From: Candidatus Margulisiibacteriota bacterium
GTDB lineage: Bacteria > Margulisbacteria > Marinamargulisbacteria > JBFWNS01
DNA length: 64,000 nucleotides
Assembly: GCA_050250935.1 (NCBI GenBank)
Contig: JBFWNS010000004.1
Coordinates: forward strand, 124,275-188,274
Direction: 5' to 3'
This document shows positions 39,001 to 47,857 of this stretch, piece after piece. Each line of letters begins with the position of its first letter. Position 1 is the first letter of the stretch. The translations under genes were made by a program, and so were the position numbers. The notes beneath the pieces are model-generated. The model was not told the origin of the DNA. It saw nothing but the letters and a program-made list of their open reading frames with translations, and did no database searches.

Positions 39001-41299
39001 AATGCCATAAAAAAGTGACGGTCTGGGGTGATTTTCTGTTCACACATGCCCTGATAAACCACTTTAAGCTGCTGTAAATTGGCCCGTTTAATGGTATTGG
39101 TGTAGAAGTGCGAATCGAAAATCTTTAAACCAAAGTTGGCCCCAACCCACGTAAAAATGGCGATTGCTTCGGTCCCATCTTGCTGATTGTTCAAACAATC
39201 GGACAGGGCAAAAACCGTAAACTTATCCAAGGGGGCCTTGCCTCGCCACGCAAAAATGGCTTGCAACTGAGCCAAATTGGCGCGTTTAAGTGCCACCAAA
39301 TAGCTCGAATCGTGTATTCTGTCGCCAAAATGCGTCCTTAACCAACTTAAAATTTGAAACGCTTCTTCCCCACTTTGTTGATGATCCAAACAGGTTGTCA
39401 TGGCAAAAAACAACAGTGGGTCATTCAAAGCGTCCGGCATATCGTTTTGAATCCAGGTACAAATTTGAATACACTGGATCAAGTTGGCATGCTTGAGGGC
39501 ATTGACTCAACCCTATCCACGACACTGTGGCCCCGCAAAAAAACAAGCATCCGCAAGGCTTCTTCCCCATCGGTTTGATTATTGAGGGCATCACCAACAG
39601 CCTTCTTGGCGATGTCATCATAGGGGAAACGAGCAGGATCTTCTGCCATCCAGGCTAAAAGGGTTTCAAGCTGGTGGCTGTTGGCATGTTTAAGGGCATT
39701 GTTATAGTGATAGAGGCTCACCTGATCGGGATATCGGTCTCTTAACCACCCCACAATGCGCACCGCTTCAGCCCCATCCTGCTGATTTTCCAAGCAGATG
39801 GCCACATGGTCAAAAACCAGTTTGTTCAGTTCATGCCCATCGGCATGTAAGCGCTCAAACACCGCCTGCACTTGCGCAAGCCCGGCATGTTTTAACCCAC
39901 TGCAATAATGCCCTGGATTATTAAATTCCGTTTTTAAAAAACGTCCAAAGCGTTCCCGAACCCAATCCAAAATCTGCAAGGCTTCAGCACCGTCTTGCTG
40001 ATTATCCAAACAAGTCCCCAAGGCCGCTATCACAAACCATGCGCGATGACCTTCGATCGGAGCCATCGCTTCAATCGCAGCAACATACGCCTTCACTTGC
40101 GCCAAGTTGGCCGATTTTAGAGCATTGGTGTAATGAGCCTCGGTAACCTTACCGGGAAAACGTTGAATCATAAACGCTAAAATGGCCTCGGCTTCGGCCC
40201 CATCCCGTTGATGATTCAAACAATCAGACAAGGCCGACAACACAAACATTTCTTCACGGGGGGAAATGGATCCCAATTGATTCAGTGCCAGCTTAACTTG
40301 CTCTAAATTCGCATATTTTAAGGCAATGGTAAACCATCCCTGTCGGGTCTCGGGCTCAATATCAACCCTTTGCTCACGAATAAAATCTAACAAGGTCCAG
40401 ATATCTTCTGAATTTTTAAAACGATTCAAACACTCGCCGATGGCTTTCCAGGTACACCGATCCCAGGCAACACCATCTTGACGCATCCATAGCAAAATCT
40501 CCTGAGCCCCCTCTGCCCAGACGCGTTTGAGAGCATTATTATATAAAACATTGCTACGTTCTTTTTTATAGTTGGGATGGGATTCAAAAAACGTCCGGGT
40601 CCACGCCAAAATTTTAAGGGCTTGGACCCCATCGGTTTGAGCATGAATACAATCCGCCAACGCACAAAAGGTAGCCCGAGGGATAGAGCCTTCCAGTTTT
40701 TCAAGCTTCTCAAACAAAACTGGCACATCATCTGCTTGGGAACATTTCAAAGCAGCCGTGTAATGAAACGCATTCACTTTACCTGGGAACTGGGCTTCCA
40801 TAAAGCCCAAAATGGCAAAAACTTCGGTACGATTGGGTTGTACTTCAGCATGATGGGTTAAACATCGGGTAAAGGTTCTCATCATGGAATCCACCATCTT
40901 GGCATCAATGCGAACACCATGGTTTTTTATCAGCTCAAACACCGCCACGACCTGTTGGGCATTGGCCCGCAGCAAGGTGTTGTTGCAATGAACAGCATCC
41001 ATAAAGGGGCTCCCGTTCCGGCGATCCCGAAAATCCCGTGGGGGAAACTTCTGAAACAACCATTGCAATATCCGCAGCGCTTCATCAGGATCTTCTTGTT
41101 TGCTTAAAGAAGTCGCAAGCGTACGAAAGGTGTTCTGGTTGTACGCCCGATCCCCACATTGTTTAAAAAATAGTTGGATTCTTGCCAAGGTTTCAGGCCC
41201 TGCCTTGAGCCACAAAATCCACGCCCCAACCCCTGCATTTCGGTGAGGAGCAGGCACGCTATCGGCCCTACCCCCTCGCCAACTAACCCACTTTTTCAT
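36081..41299 (-). pseudogene. PPR-like helical-repeat protein with a C-terminal GT-A glycosyltransferase-like domain (~1740 aa), frameshifted at ~39504 into ORFs 39479-41299 and 36081-39482
   Basis: Repeat DCLNNQxDGxEA..IL.W...HY..ALK.A.L.Q runs through both ORFs; the junction reads DRVE-tc-NALKHANLIQC across frames; C-terminal IPFGDIRN and SLDSD. Confidence 0.75.
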
Positions 41300-41331
41300 C
41301 TGGGATCCCTTATCGATATAAAATCTGATAA

Positions 41332-41359
41332 GTATCGGATAAAAAGTAAAATTATTGCA
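41332..41359 (-). promoter_or_regulatory. Sigma28-like promoter motif TGCAAT-N16-CGATAC
   Basis: Upstream of the ATG at 41299. Confidence 0.72.
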
Positions 41360-41404
41360 ACAGACTATTTATAATTCTGTAAAAAATGCAAAAAAAATGA
41401 CTAT

Positions 41405-43753
41405 TTATTGAATAAAAACATGCCCATCCAAGGGACTTCCTCCAAAATCCGCCTCAAAATTACAATGGAGATGCCAAGGCGCAGGACCAATCCAATGTTG
41501 TTCGGGGCCATGGAAACGGCCGATTTCCTTGTCAAAGGTGTTGGGATCAGTTGGGAATAAGGTGGCCATTAACTGTACGGTTGCAGCTTGAAAGGATTGG
41601 GCATCCACCGGTTGGTCTAGCAGGCCACCAAACACCTCGGTCAAGGTTTTCTCAAACTGAAGCTCGCGCAGCAGATTGATTAAAATTCGGGCCGTGAGCT
41701 CGGAATCCACATAAAAATCGCGGAGGGCTCGGACATCTCGGCTACTGGGATCGGTAAAGTAGAGAGCCAGATAGGTACACAGCCGTTGGGAGCGAAGAAC
41801 AAATTGGCTCGAAAGACCATTCCACACCGCTCGAGCGGCCGGAATGATGGGGAGATGCCCCCGCTTTTCGTCTAATGTAGCTTTAATTGCTTGGGTAAGA
41901 TTAGCATTATTAAAGGCCTTAAGTTTGGCATCCAAATCTGTCGGGGATAATGTTGCATAATCCACTTGTCGAAGCCATTTTTTAACATTCCTTAATGCTG
42001 AAAAGGATCCAAAATCCGAATCGATCTGTCGTTGATGTTCTTTGGCCTTAGCCAACAACCGCAGTTGCCCCGCAATAAACCCCGTTACAAACAGCCTCGC
42101 CAACTCGTTTTTGATCTGACCCGTCAACCCTTTTAGGCCTCTTAATCGGGCTTCATAGTCTTTATCGGTTTCCTGCAAACGCCGCCCCACCCTAAACAAA
42201 CACCAACTCACCAAACCCTGGCCTGTATCTGCAGTAATTGTATTCGTAAACTTAACATCAGGCTGCTCTTGGCGGGTTTGCAAATAGCGATAGAGCATAA
42301 TGCTTCTGGCATACAACTCTCGAACCTGGGGAGTAACTTTAATCCCCAGTTTGGGATCCACAAAAACCGGTTTTCCGGTGTAAAACGCTTTGACACTGTC
42401 ATACAACGCTTTCAACACCTTGCTGCGATTGGCATAGGCTTTATCAGAATCAACCTCGACAATGCGCTGGGCAAGGCCACGAAGGGCTGTTAGCCTTGCC
42501 GATTCCACATCGGTTCGCTTGATGGCCTGTAAAAACCGACCTGCTGTCTTACCATCACCTGTCACCAAAAACAATAAAGCCGCAAAGAATCGAAAATAAA
42601 AGAATGCCTTGGGATCTGCCTCGTTTTTAAAAGCGGTTCTGTCGTGTTCCAACTTCTGTTCCGTGGCCAAAATCAGTTTTTTGCAAAAATCATCTTCCCC
42701 TTGAAACAGCCCATCAACAACCCGACGATGCACGGCAAACCGCAAATAGTTCGACACACTGGTTAGCGTTTGGAGTCGAAGACCTTCTTTTAAATATGCA
42801 TAGGCCTTCATTACATCCTCTAGCCGACCACTGGCTGCACTGTCTTTTGCTAAAACGGCAACAGCAATTTGCTGATGTTCAATATCCAAAAAGCCGAGCC
42901 TAACCACATCGTCCAGGACCACGCGAACATCCTGAGATAAAGGCTGACGCTCTTGAAACGTTACCAATTGCCTAAAAACGCTATCCGCAAACAGTAAAAA
43001 ATAACGATGCCCGGGTTCTCCCGGCTGGCTCGAATCGGCTTTAATCGCTTCATATAACGCCCACAAGCCTTTTCTTAAAAGCCCGTCCACTCGTCCTAAA
43101 ACCAAGTCATTGCCTACTTTTTCTTCGTCAAAAGGCACACATTTAAGGGCCAAAAAACCCGCCGAAATCATCACCTTCAATAACCGGGCCCGTTGGGAGC
43201 TTGACTGCGTGACCTCATACGCCGAAAACCCCAACATCATCACCTCATAAAACGGCACAAACAGGTCGGCATTGGTGGCATGAATTTCGGTCGAAAACAC
43301 CCGTTCCAAGCCCACTTGAGCCAGTTCCAACAAATCGGTTTTACAGTCCGCCACTAAATCGGCATGGGCACTGGGCTGTAGGGAGGTTAACGCCAGCATC
43401 ACCTCCGAAACCGCCTCCCGAATGGCCACTGGGGCATAGGGAACGAAAGAATTTGGGGTTAAAGACATTAAAAGATCCAACGCTTCTTTTAGAGCAACGG
43501 CATGGCTAGATTCATCAGCATCCAAGCTCGCTACAAATAAAGCAACCGCATCCGGATTGGGGGTAATACGCCCGGTTTCCAGGCCAGAAAGATCCAGGTC
43601 GGATACGAGAGAAGGGAAAGCGGATGTGGGTGTTACAACAATGTCCCAAGGCCCTTCCCATTCTGCTTGAAAAGCGGGGGAACGTGGCGGGGATAAGGGG
43701 ATTGGTGGCACGGTTTTGGGCGAGAGTTGGTGGAAGGCGATTTGTTTTTGCAT
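41405..43753 (-). CDS. Hypothetical alpha-helical protein (782 aa), effector candidate
   Basis: Long ORF; starts MQKQIAF followed by a Pro/Ser-rich segment. Confidence 0.8.
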   Translation of the reverse strand: MQKQIAFHQLSPKTVPPIPLSPPRSPAFQAEWEGPWDIVVTPTSAFPSLVSDLDLSGLETGRITPNPDAVALFVASLDADESSHAVALKEALDLLMSLTPNSFVPYAPVAIREAVSEVMLALTSLQPSAHADLVADCKTDLLELAQVGLERVFSTEIHATNADLFVPFYEVMMLGFSAYEVTQSSSQRARLLKVMISAGFLALKCVPFDEEKVGNDLVLGRVDGLLRKGLWALYEAIKADSSQPGEPGHRYFLLFADSVFRQLVTFQERQPLSQDVRVVLDDVVRLGFLDIEHQQIAVAVLAKDSAASGRLEDVMKAYAYLKEGLRLQTLTSVSNYLRFAVHRRVVDGLFQGEDDFCKKLILATEQKLEHDRTAFKNEADPKAFFYFRFFAALLFLVTGDGKTAGRFLQAIKRTDVESARLTALRGLAQRIVEVDSDKAYANRSKVLKALYDSVKAFYTGKPVFVDPKLGIKVTPQVRELYARSIMLYRYLQTRQEQPDVKFTNTITADTGQGLVSWCLFRVGRRLQETDKDYEARLRGLKGLTGQIKNELARLFVTGFIAGQLRLLAKAKEHQRQIDSDFGSFSALRNVKKWLRQVDYATLSPTDLDAKLKAFNNANLTQAIKATLDEKRGHLPIIPAARAVWNGLSSQFVLRSQRLCTYLALYFTDPSSRDVRALRDFYVDSELTARILINLLRELQFEKTLTEVFGGLLDQPVDAQSFQAATVQLMATLFPTDPNTFDKEIGRFHGPEQHWIGPAPWHLHCNFEADFGGSPLDGHVFIQ

Positions 43754-43902
43754 TTGGAGGTATTAAAGCATAAGAAATGGCAAAAGTTCACCCAGTGCCT
43801 ATAGTATCAAATGATACTATCACCCCCTTTGTAATTCCCAAAAAATCCCGCATACTAAAGGCATCTTTCATAAAAACCCAACAAAAAAAGGAACCCTAAA
43901 TC

Positions 43903-44352
43903 ATGCCCAACACCATCCAATTCCACCGTGTTCTCACCACCACCCCAGACAAACTTTACAAAGCCTTTATCGACCCCGAAGCCATGGTCAAATGGTTGCC
44001 ACCCCATGGGTTCACTGGCAAAGTCACCGAAATGAACGCTACGGTTGGCGGTAGCTATAAAATGTCGTTTACCAATTTTGGCACCGGCAGCAGCCACTCT
44101 TTTGGCGGAACGTATGTAACGCTTGAACCCGGCAAAAAAATCCAATACATCGACCGCTTTGATTCCCCCGACATGCCTGGCGAAATGACGGTAACGGTAC
44201 TCTTAAAAAAAGTCAGCTGCGGAACCGAACTGCACATCACCCAAGCCGACATCCCCGACATGATTCCACCCGAAATGTGCTATTTGGGCTGGCAACAATC
44301 GCTGGCCATGCTAGCCCATTTGGTAGAACCCAACATTCCAGATCAAGGATAA
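43903..44352 (+). CDS. SRPBCC/AHSA1 family protein
   Basis: KWLPPHGFTG, GGSYKMSF, CYLGWQQSL. Confidence 0.92.
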   Translation: MPNTIQFHRVLTTTPDKLYKAFIDPEAMVKWLPPHGFTGKVTEMNATVGGSYKMSFTNFGTGSSHSFGGTYVTLEPGKKIQYIDRFDSPDMPGEMTVTVLLKKVSCGTELHITQADIPDMIPPEMCYLGWQQSLAMLAHLVEPNIPDQG

Positions 44353-44492
44353 AGATTAAGACTTCACAACCCCCCCATAGTTTAGTAGTGTTGAGGGCCG
44401 TGCAAGGGAGCAACCTTGAAATCACTTCAGGCCATGCCCCAGCCGTGTTCTGCCCTGTGTTTACAAATGGTCTCCGTACAGTGCGACTTCAA

Positions 44493-44567
44493 AGCCGCTG
44501 CGCGGGAACACCTTTGAATTTACTTCAAAGGTGCGACCCACAAATGCTCCGCATTTGTGTATACAAT
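44493..44567. repeat. Dispersed two-hairpin element, copy B, abutting the tRNA 5' end
   Basis: CACCTTTGAA..TTCAAAGGTG-cgacc-CACAAATGctccgCATTTGTGTATACAAT. Confidence 0.72.
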
Positions 44568-44655
44568 GGAAAGGTGTCCGAGTGGTTTAAGGAGCACGCT
44601 TGGAAAGCGTGTGTGCAGCAATGTACCGTGGGTTCGAATCCCACCCTTTCCGCCA
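44568..44655 (+). tRNA. tRNA-Ser(GGA)
   Basis: GGAAAGG/CCTTTCC acceptor stem, anticodon arm CACGC-TTGGAAA-GCGTG, long variable arm, GGTTCGAATCC, encoded CCA. Confidence 0.97.
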
Positions 44656-44756
44656 AGTAGAAAAACCCACTAAAAGTATCTAGTGGGATTCGAACCAGTG
44701 AGCGTCAGCGAACGGCTTATAAAATAGGATTCTTCTCGAGTTCAATAAAATTGAGC

Positions 44757-44778
44757 TCGAATCCCACCCTTTCCGCCA
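44757..44778 (+). repeat. Duplicated tRNA-Ser 3' end (att-like)
   Basis: TCGAATCCCACCCTTTCCGCCA, identical to 44634-44655. Confidence 0.9.
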
Positions 44779-44985
44779 GAGATGCTGATATTTCCAATTT
44801 TCGCTTCGGTCGATATCGGCCCTCCCCTTGGTCGGGGCCCTGTAGATAACTCCCTTCGCGAAAAATTGAAAATCTCAGCATCTCTCTTCGTCTCTGTACG
44901 GGTATATTTCGGCCCCTGCAGGCGAGCAATGACAAACTTGCTTTGGCTTTGCGACTCAAAAATGCTCGCCATTTTTGTTTACAAT
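44779..44985. repeat. Long hairpin plus dispersed element copy C (MITE/REP-like)
   Basis: Imperfect ~26-bp inverted repeat GAGATGCTGATATTTCCAATTTTCGC ... GCGAAAAATTGAAAATCTCAGCATCTC; ends CAAAAATGctcgcCATTTTTGTTTACAAT. Confidence 0.7.
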
Positions 44986-44989
44986 CCAT

Positions 44990-45017
44990 TGCAATAATAC
45001 GCCGCATTAACCGATAA
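44990..45017 (+). promoter_or_regulatory. Sigma28-like promoter motif TGCAAT-N16-CGATAA
   Basis: Ends 9 nt before the ATG at 45027. Confidence 0.72.
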
Positions 45018-45026
45018 ATAAGTGCA

Positions 45027-46197
45027 ATGATGAAAAAAAATAATCTCTTCAAGCACCCAAACTACGGCTTGGACCCTAGATTCTGATCTCAATTTTGATT
45101 ACTGGTCGCCAGACCAAGTCCTTTCTGTAGACGAAGTTTCCCGGCTCCCCGTTTTTCATTTGCCCTATGGCGAGGCCATTGGCGCCAGTGACCGGGGACA
45201 CCACTATTTGAAAGCGGAGAACCAAGATTGTTTCGGCATCGGGGCTGACGGCACCCTTGTCGTTGCGGATGGGGTTGGATCCGGCGAAAAGTCCAAGTTG
45301 GCCGCACTTGTGGTCCAACAATGTGTGCTCATGACCGGTGTAGAAGCCACGGAGGCCAATGCCCAAGATTTGATCAATCGGATTGCGTTTATACTAAAAG
45401 AGCGATCTTCGGAAATGAGCCTAACAACAGAGACGGTTCAAACAGCCATGGCCGGAGGAATCTCCACCATCGTTGATATGGCCAACACGGTCATACACAC
45501 TATTTTTGGGGACACCGCTATGACCTGTTTTAGTGCTGTTAAGGTGGCTGAATCCAACGGAGAGCTTATGCTTCAAGGGGCATACTGCGGGGACGTCAAG
45601 GTCGTGGTATACAACCGCGAAGGCGAAGTTAAATTCGAAACCGAGGACGGGTTGAAAGATTTCAGGCTAGCTCTATCGAAACTCCTTCAAACATTAAAAG
45701 ACAACGAGACCCAGAGGCCCTTGATTGAAAGAAAAATTAGAGTACTAATCCAATCCTTTTTTAAAAACAGAAATAAGCTTGATTGTGCTGTAGGACAAGA
45801 CCTCAAGTTTCAAAGCGAGCCCATTTCATGTCCCGTTGTTGAGGGTGACCGGGTCGTGGTCGCAACAGACGGATTGTGGGATAACTACACCCCGGAAGAA
45901 GTCATCCATATAATTCTAGGAAAGCCGGCATCGGAAAGTCTGACACATCTTTGGAAAGCAACAGCACTCGCACAAAAATGCCAAGCAACCTATTTAAACG
46001 AAAATGATTTTGCCCCTGGGGATAAGCAACCTCCGATAGAATGCAGGCAAGCGTATACCGTTTACAATAAGCTTTTAGGCGTTAATCAAGTTCACCGTCC
46101 GTATCTTCAAGAGGAGGGCACCCTCCAACAATGTCGAATCGACAACCGGGCTATCGTGATTTTTGATGTCCAAACGGATCGTCAAACCCTTAGCTAA
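45027..46197 (+). CDS. PP2C/SpoIIE-like phosphatase; probable true start 45027/45030 with a frameshift in the A8 tract (track start 45160)
   Basis: ENQDCF, VVADGVG, CGD, ATDGLWDN, IDNRAIV; the frame is open from 45034 with no ATG before the track start. Confidence 0.75.
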
Positions 46198-46313
46198 AAG
46201 GGTACTTCGTACGGTTATACTTTCGCCCCTGCAAACAAGCTATTTTGGATTTACTCCAAAGCTATGCCCCTCCGAATTGGCAGGCCCTGACATACCTACC
46301 ATAAAAATTAACC

Positions 46314-46341
46314 TGCAATTTTTTGAGAATCCACCCGATAA
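46314..46341 (+). promoter_or_regulatory. Sigma28-like promoter motif TGCAAT-N16-CGATAA
   Basis: Ends 9 nt before the ATG at 46351. Confidence 0.72.
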
Positions 46342-46350
46342 TAGGGTGGA

Positions 46351-47385
46351 ATGCCCCTCAAAAAAACCATTAGCCTACCCACAGCCAATTTTTTGGACAC
46401 TTTAGAACCCACCGACCCTCGGTTCTGGGCTGTTTTATCCCATCTCAGAAACAACCTCGAAAAAGCCATCGTGGCTTGCAAAGCAGAACTTGAATCAGTT
46501 CCCGTAACAGAACGTCCTGGTCGGATATCAGATTTTGCAATTCTTCAGCCTTTTTACGCCACCAACTGCCCAGAAGATCTTCCAAAAACCTTTTCTCGAA
46601 GTGAAATTACTCGCCTACGAGCACGTGTAGCCGTTAACTATTCATGGAACTATATTGCAAATGAATTTGATTCAAAATGGGTTTCAATAGGGAAAGCCAT
46701 TGCGTTTCTAGACTCGTTGCAAAACCCCACAAATAAAGCCGCAAACGAACTCTTAACTGCCTTAAAGACCTTTCTTAGGACCTTTGAAATCGGCTTCAGA
46801 AAGCTCAAAGGGCGCCAAGGTAACGTGATCGTGAATAGTTACTTTGAAAAGTTTTGCAATGAAACCCCACAACAACTTGCTTTACTAAAACCCAAAAACA
46901 ACCAAAGGCCCCCAGCCACCAAAAGGCTCAGCTCTGATATACAAACAACGGAATCTCCAGCTAAAAGAATCCATGAAGGTCACAGTAGTCACCCGCCCGC
47001 TCTCTCTGATTTATTGCTCTATGCGCAGCTTCAACAACAATGGCAGCAACAACAATGGCAGCAATCTTTTGGTACACAATACCTGCCTTTACAAACACTC
47101 CCCACCCACCCAATTCAGCGTACTCTGCCCCACTTTCAACTCGTACCACTCTCCGAATTGATGGGAGAGCAACACGCTCGCCAAGCGGCACAATCCGCCT
47201 CTGGTGCTGGGCAAGCACAACCCCATTTCCAGCTCCCAGCACCCAGCGAATTAATGGCACAGCAACAACAACAGCTTGGATTTGAAGCCTCCCCAATAGT
47301 CATTCCCTTACCTGTTCGTATAACCCCTGAACAAGCCCGACGCCTTGCCATGTGGCTCCAAACCCCCTTACCCCATTCTCATTGA
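46351..47385 (+). CDS. Hypothetical protein with Gln/Pro-rich C-terminus, effector candidate
   Basis: Starts MPLKKTISL; LQQQWQQQQWQQ; duplicated PHFQL...SELM motif. Confidence 0.75.
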   Translation: MPLKKTISLPTANFLDTLEPTDPRFWAVLSHLRNNLEKAIVACKAELESVPVTERPGRISDFAILQPFYATNCPEDLPKTFSRSEITRLRARVAVNYSWNYIANEFDSKWVSIGKAIAFLDSLQNPTNKAANELLTALKTFLRTFEIGFRKLKGRQGNVIVNSYFEKFCNETPQQLALLKPKNNQRPPATKRLSSDIQTTESPAKRIHEGHSSHPPALSDLLLYAQLQQQWQQQQWQQSFGTQYLPLQTLPTHPIQRTLPHFQLVPLSELMGEQHARQAAQSASGAGQAQPHFQLPAPSELMAQQQQQLGFEASPIVIPLPVRITPEQARRLAMWLQTPLPHSH

Positions 47386-47729
47386 CCGCCTGTTTGAGGA
47401 GGCGCAGACCGGGCACCAGGATCCTGCCTGGATTCAAAAGCCTGTTGTGGGATAGAAAGCTTCATCTGACTAGCCCCAATTACTCGACGGGCCTGAAGAC
47501 GCTGAGCATCCATATCTGTGGGTGCAGGCTGATCTAATGAAACCCTCGCAACCGGCACAAACGCAGCATCGGGAATATGAATCACCATTCGTGTGGCTTC
47601 TGCTTCGGCCTGCCGGCCAGCAAACCCCGTTCGAGCAACAGGTCTTTCAACTCGGGAATCGGCACTTCTTGCCCGAGAGTGTACATCCTGCCTCGGTACC
47701 CCCAAAGAAGGCCCACCAGTAACACGCAT
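47379..47729 (-). CDS. Small hypothetical protein
   Basis: AAAGGA RBS, ATG and upstream promoter motif. Confidence 0.6.
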   Translation of the reverse strand: MRVTGGPSLGVPRQDVHSRARSADSRVERPVARTGFAGRQAEAEATRMVIHIPDAAFVPVARVSLDQPAPTDMDAQRLQARRVIGASQMKLSIPQQAFESRQDPGARSAPPQTGGQ

Positions 47730-47763
47730 AGAATTTCCTTTCTAAAAACAATATTTTTTCAAA

Positions 47764-47792
47764 GTATCGGATATTGGGTTAAAAAAATTTCA
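47764..47792 (-). promoter_or_regulatory. Sigma28-like promoter motif TGAAAT-N17-CGATAC
   Basis: Upstream of the ATG at 47729. Confidence 0.6.
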
Positions 47793-47857
47793 TTTTGTTA
47801 AAACCAAAACCGCTAGAACTCCACCACAATCCTTTTTTGGGGTATACTACTGACCCC

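Noticed and set aside
43754..43790. Regulon promoter before the 782-aa ORF
   Set aside because: Best match is TGAACT-N19-TAATA: wrong spacing and wrong -10
44353..44492. Possible riboswitch or SRP RNA upstream of the tRNA
   Set aside because: Some pairing potential, but no conserved motif I can recognise; needs an Rfam search
44277..45052. Track ORFs 44277-44660, 44717-45052, 44742-44972 and 44782-44997
   Set aside because: They overlap the tRNA and hairpin repeats and show no protein-like features
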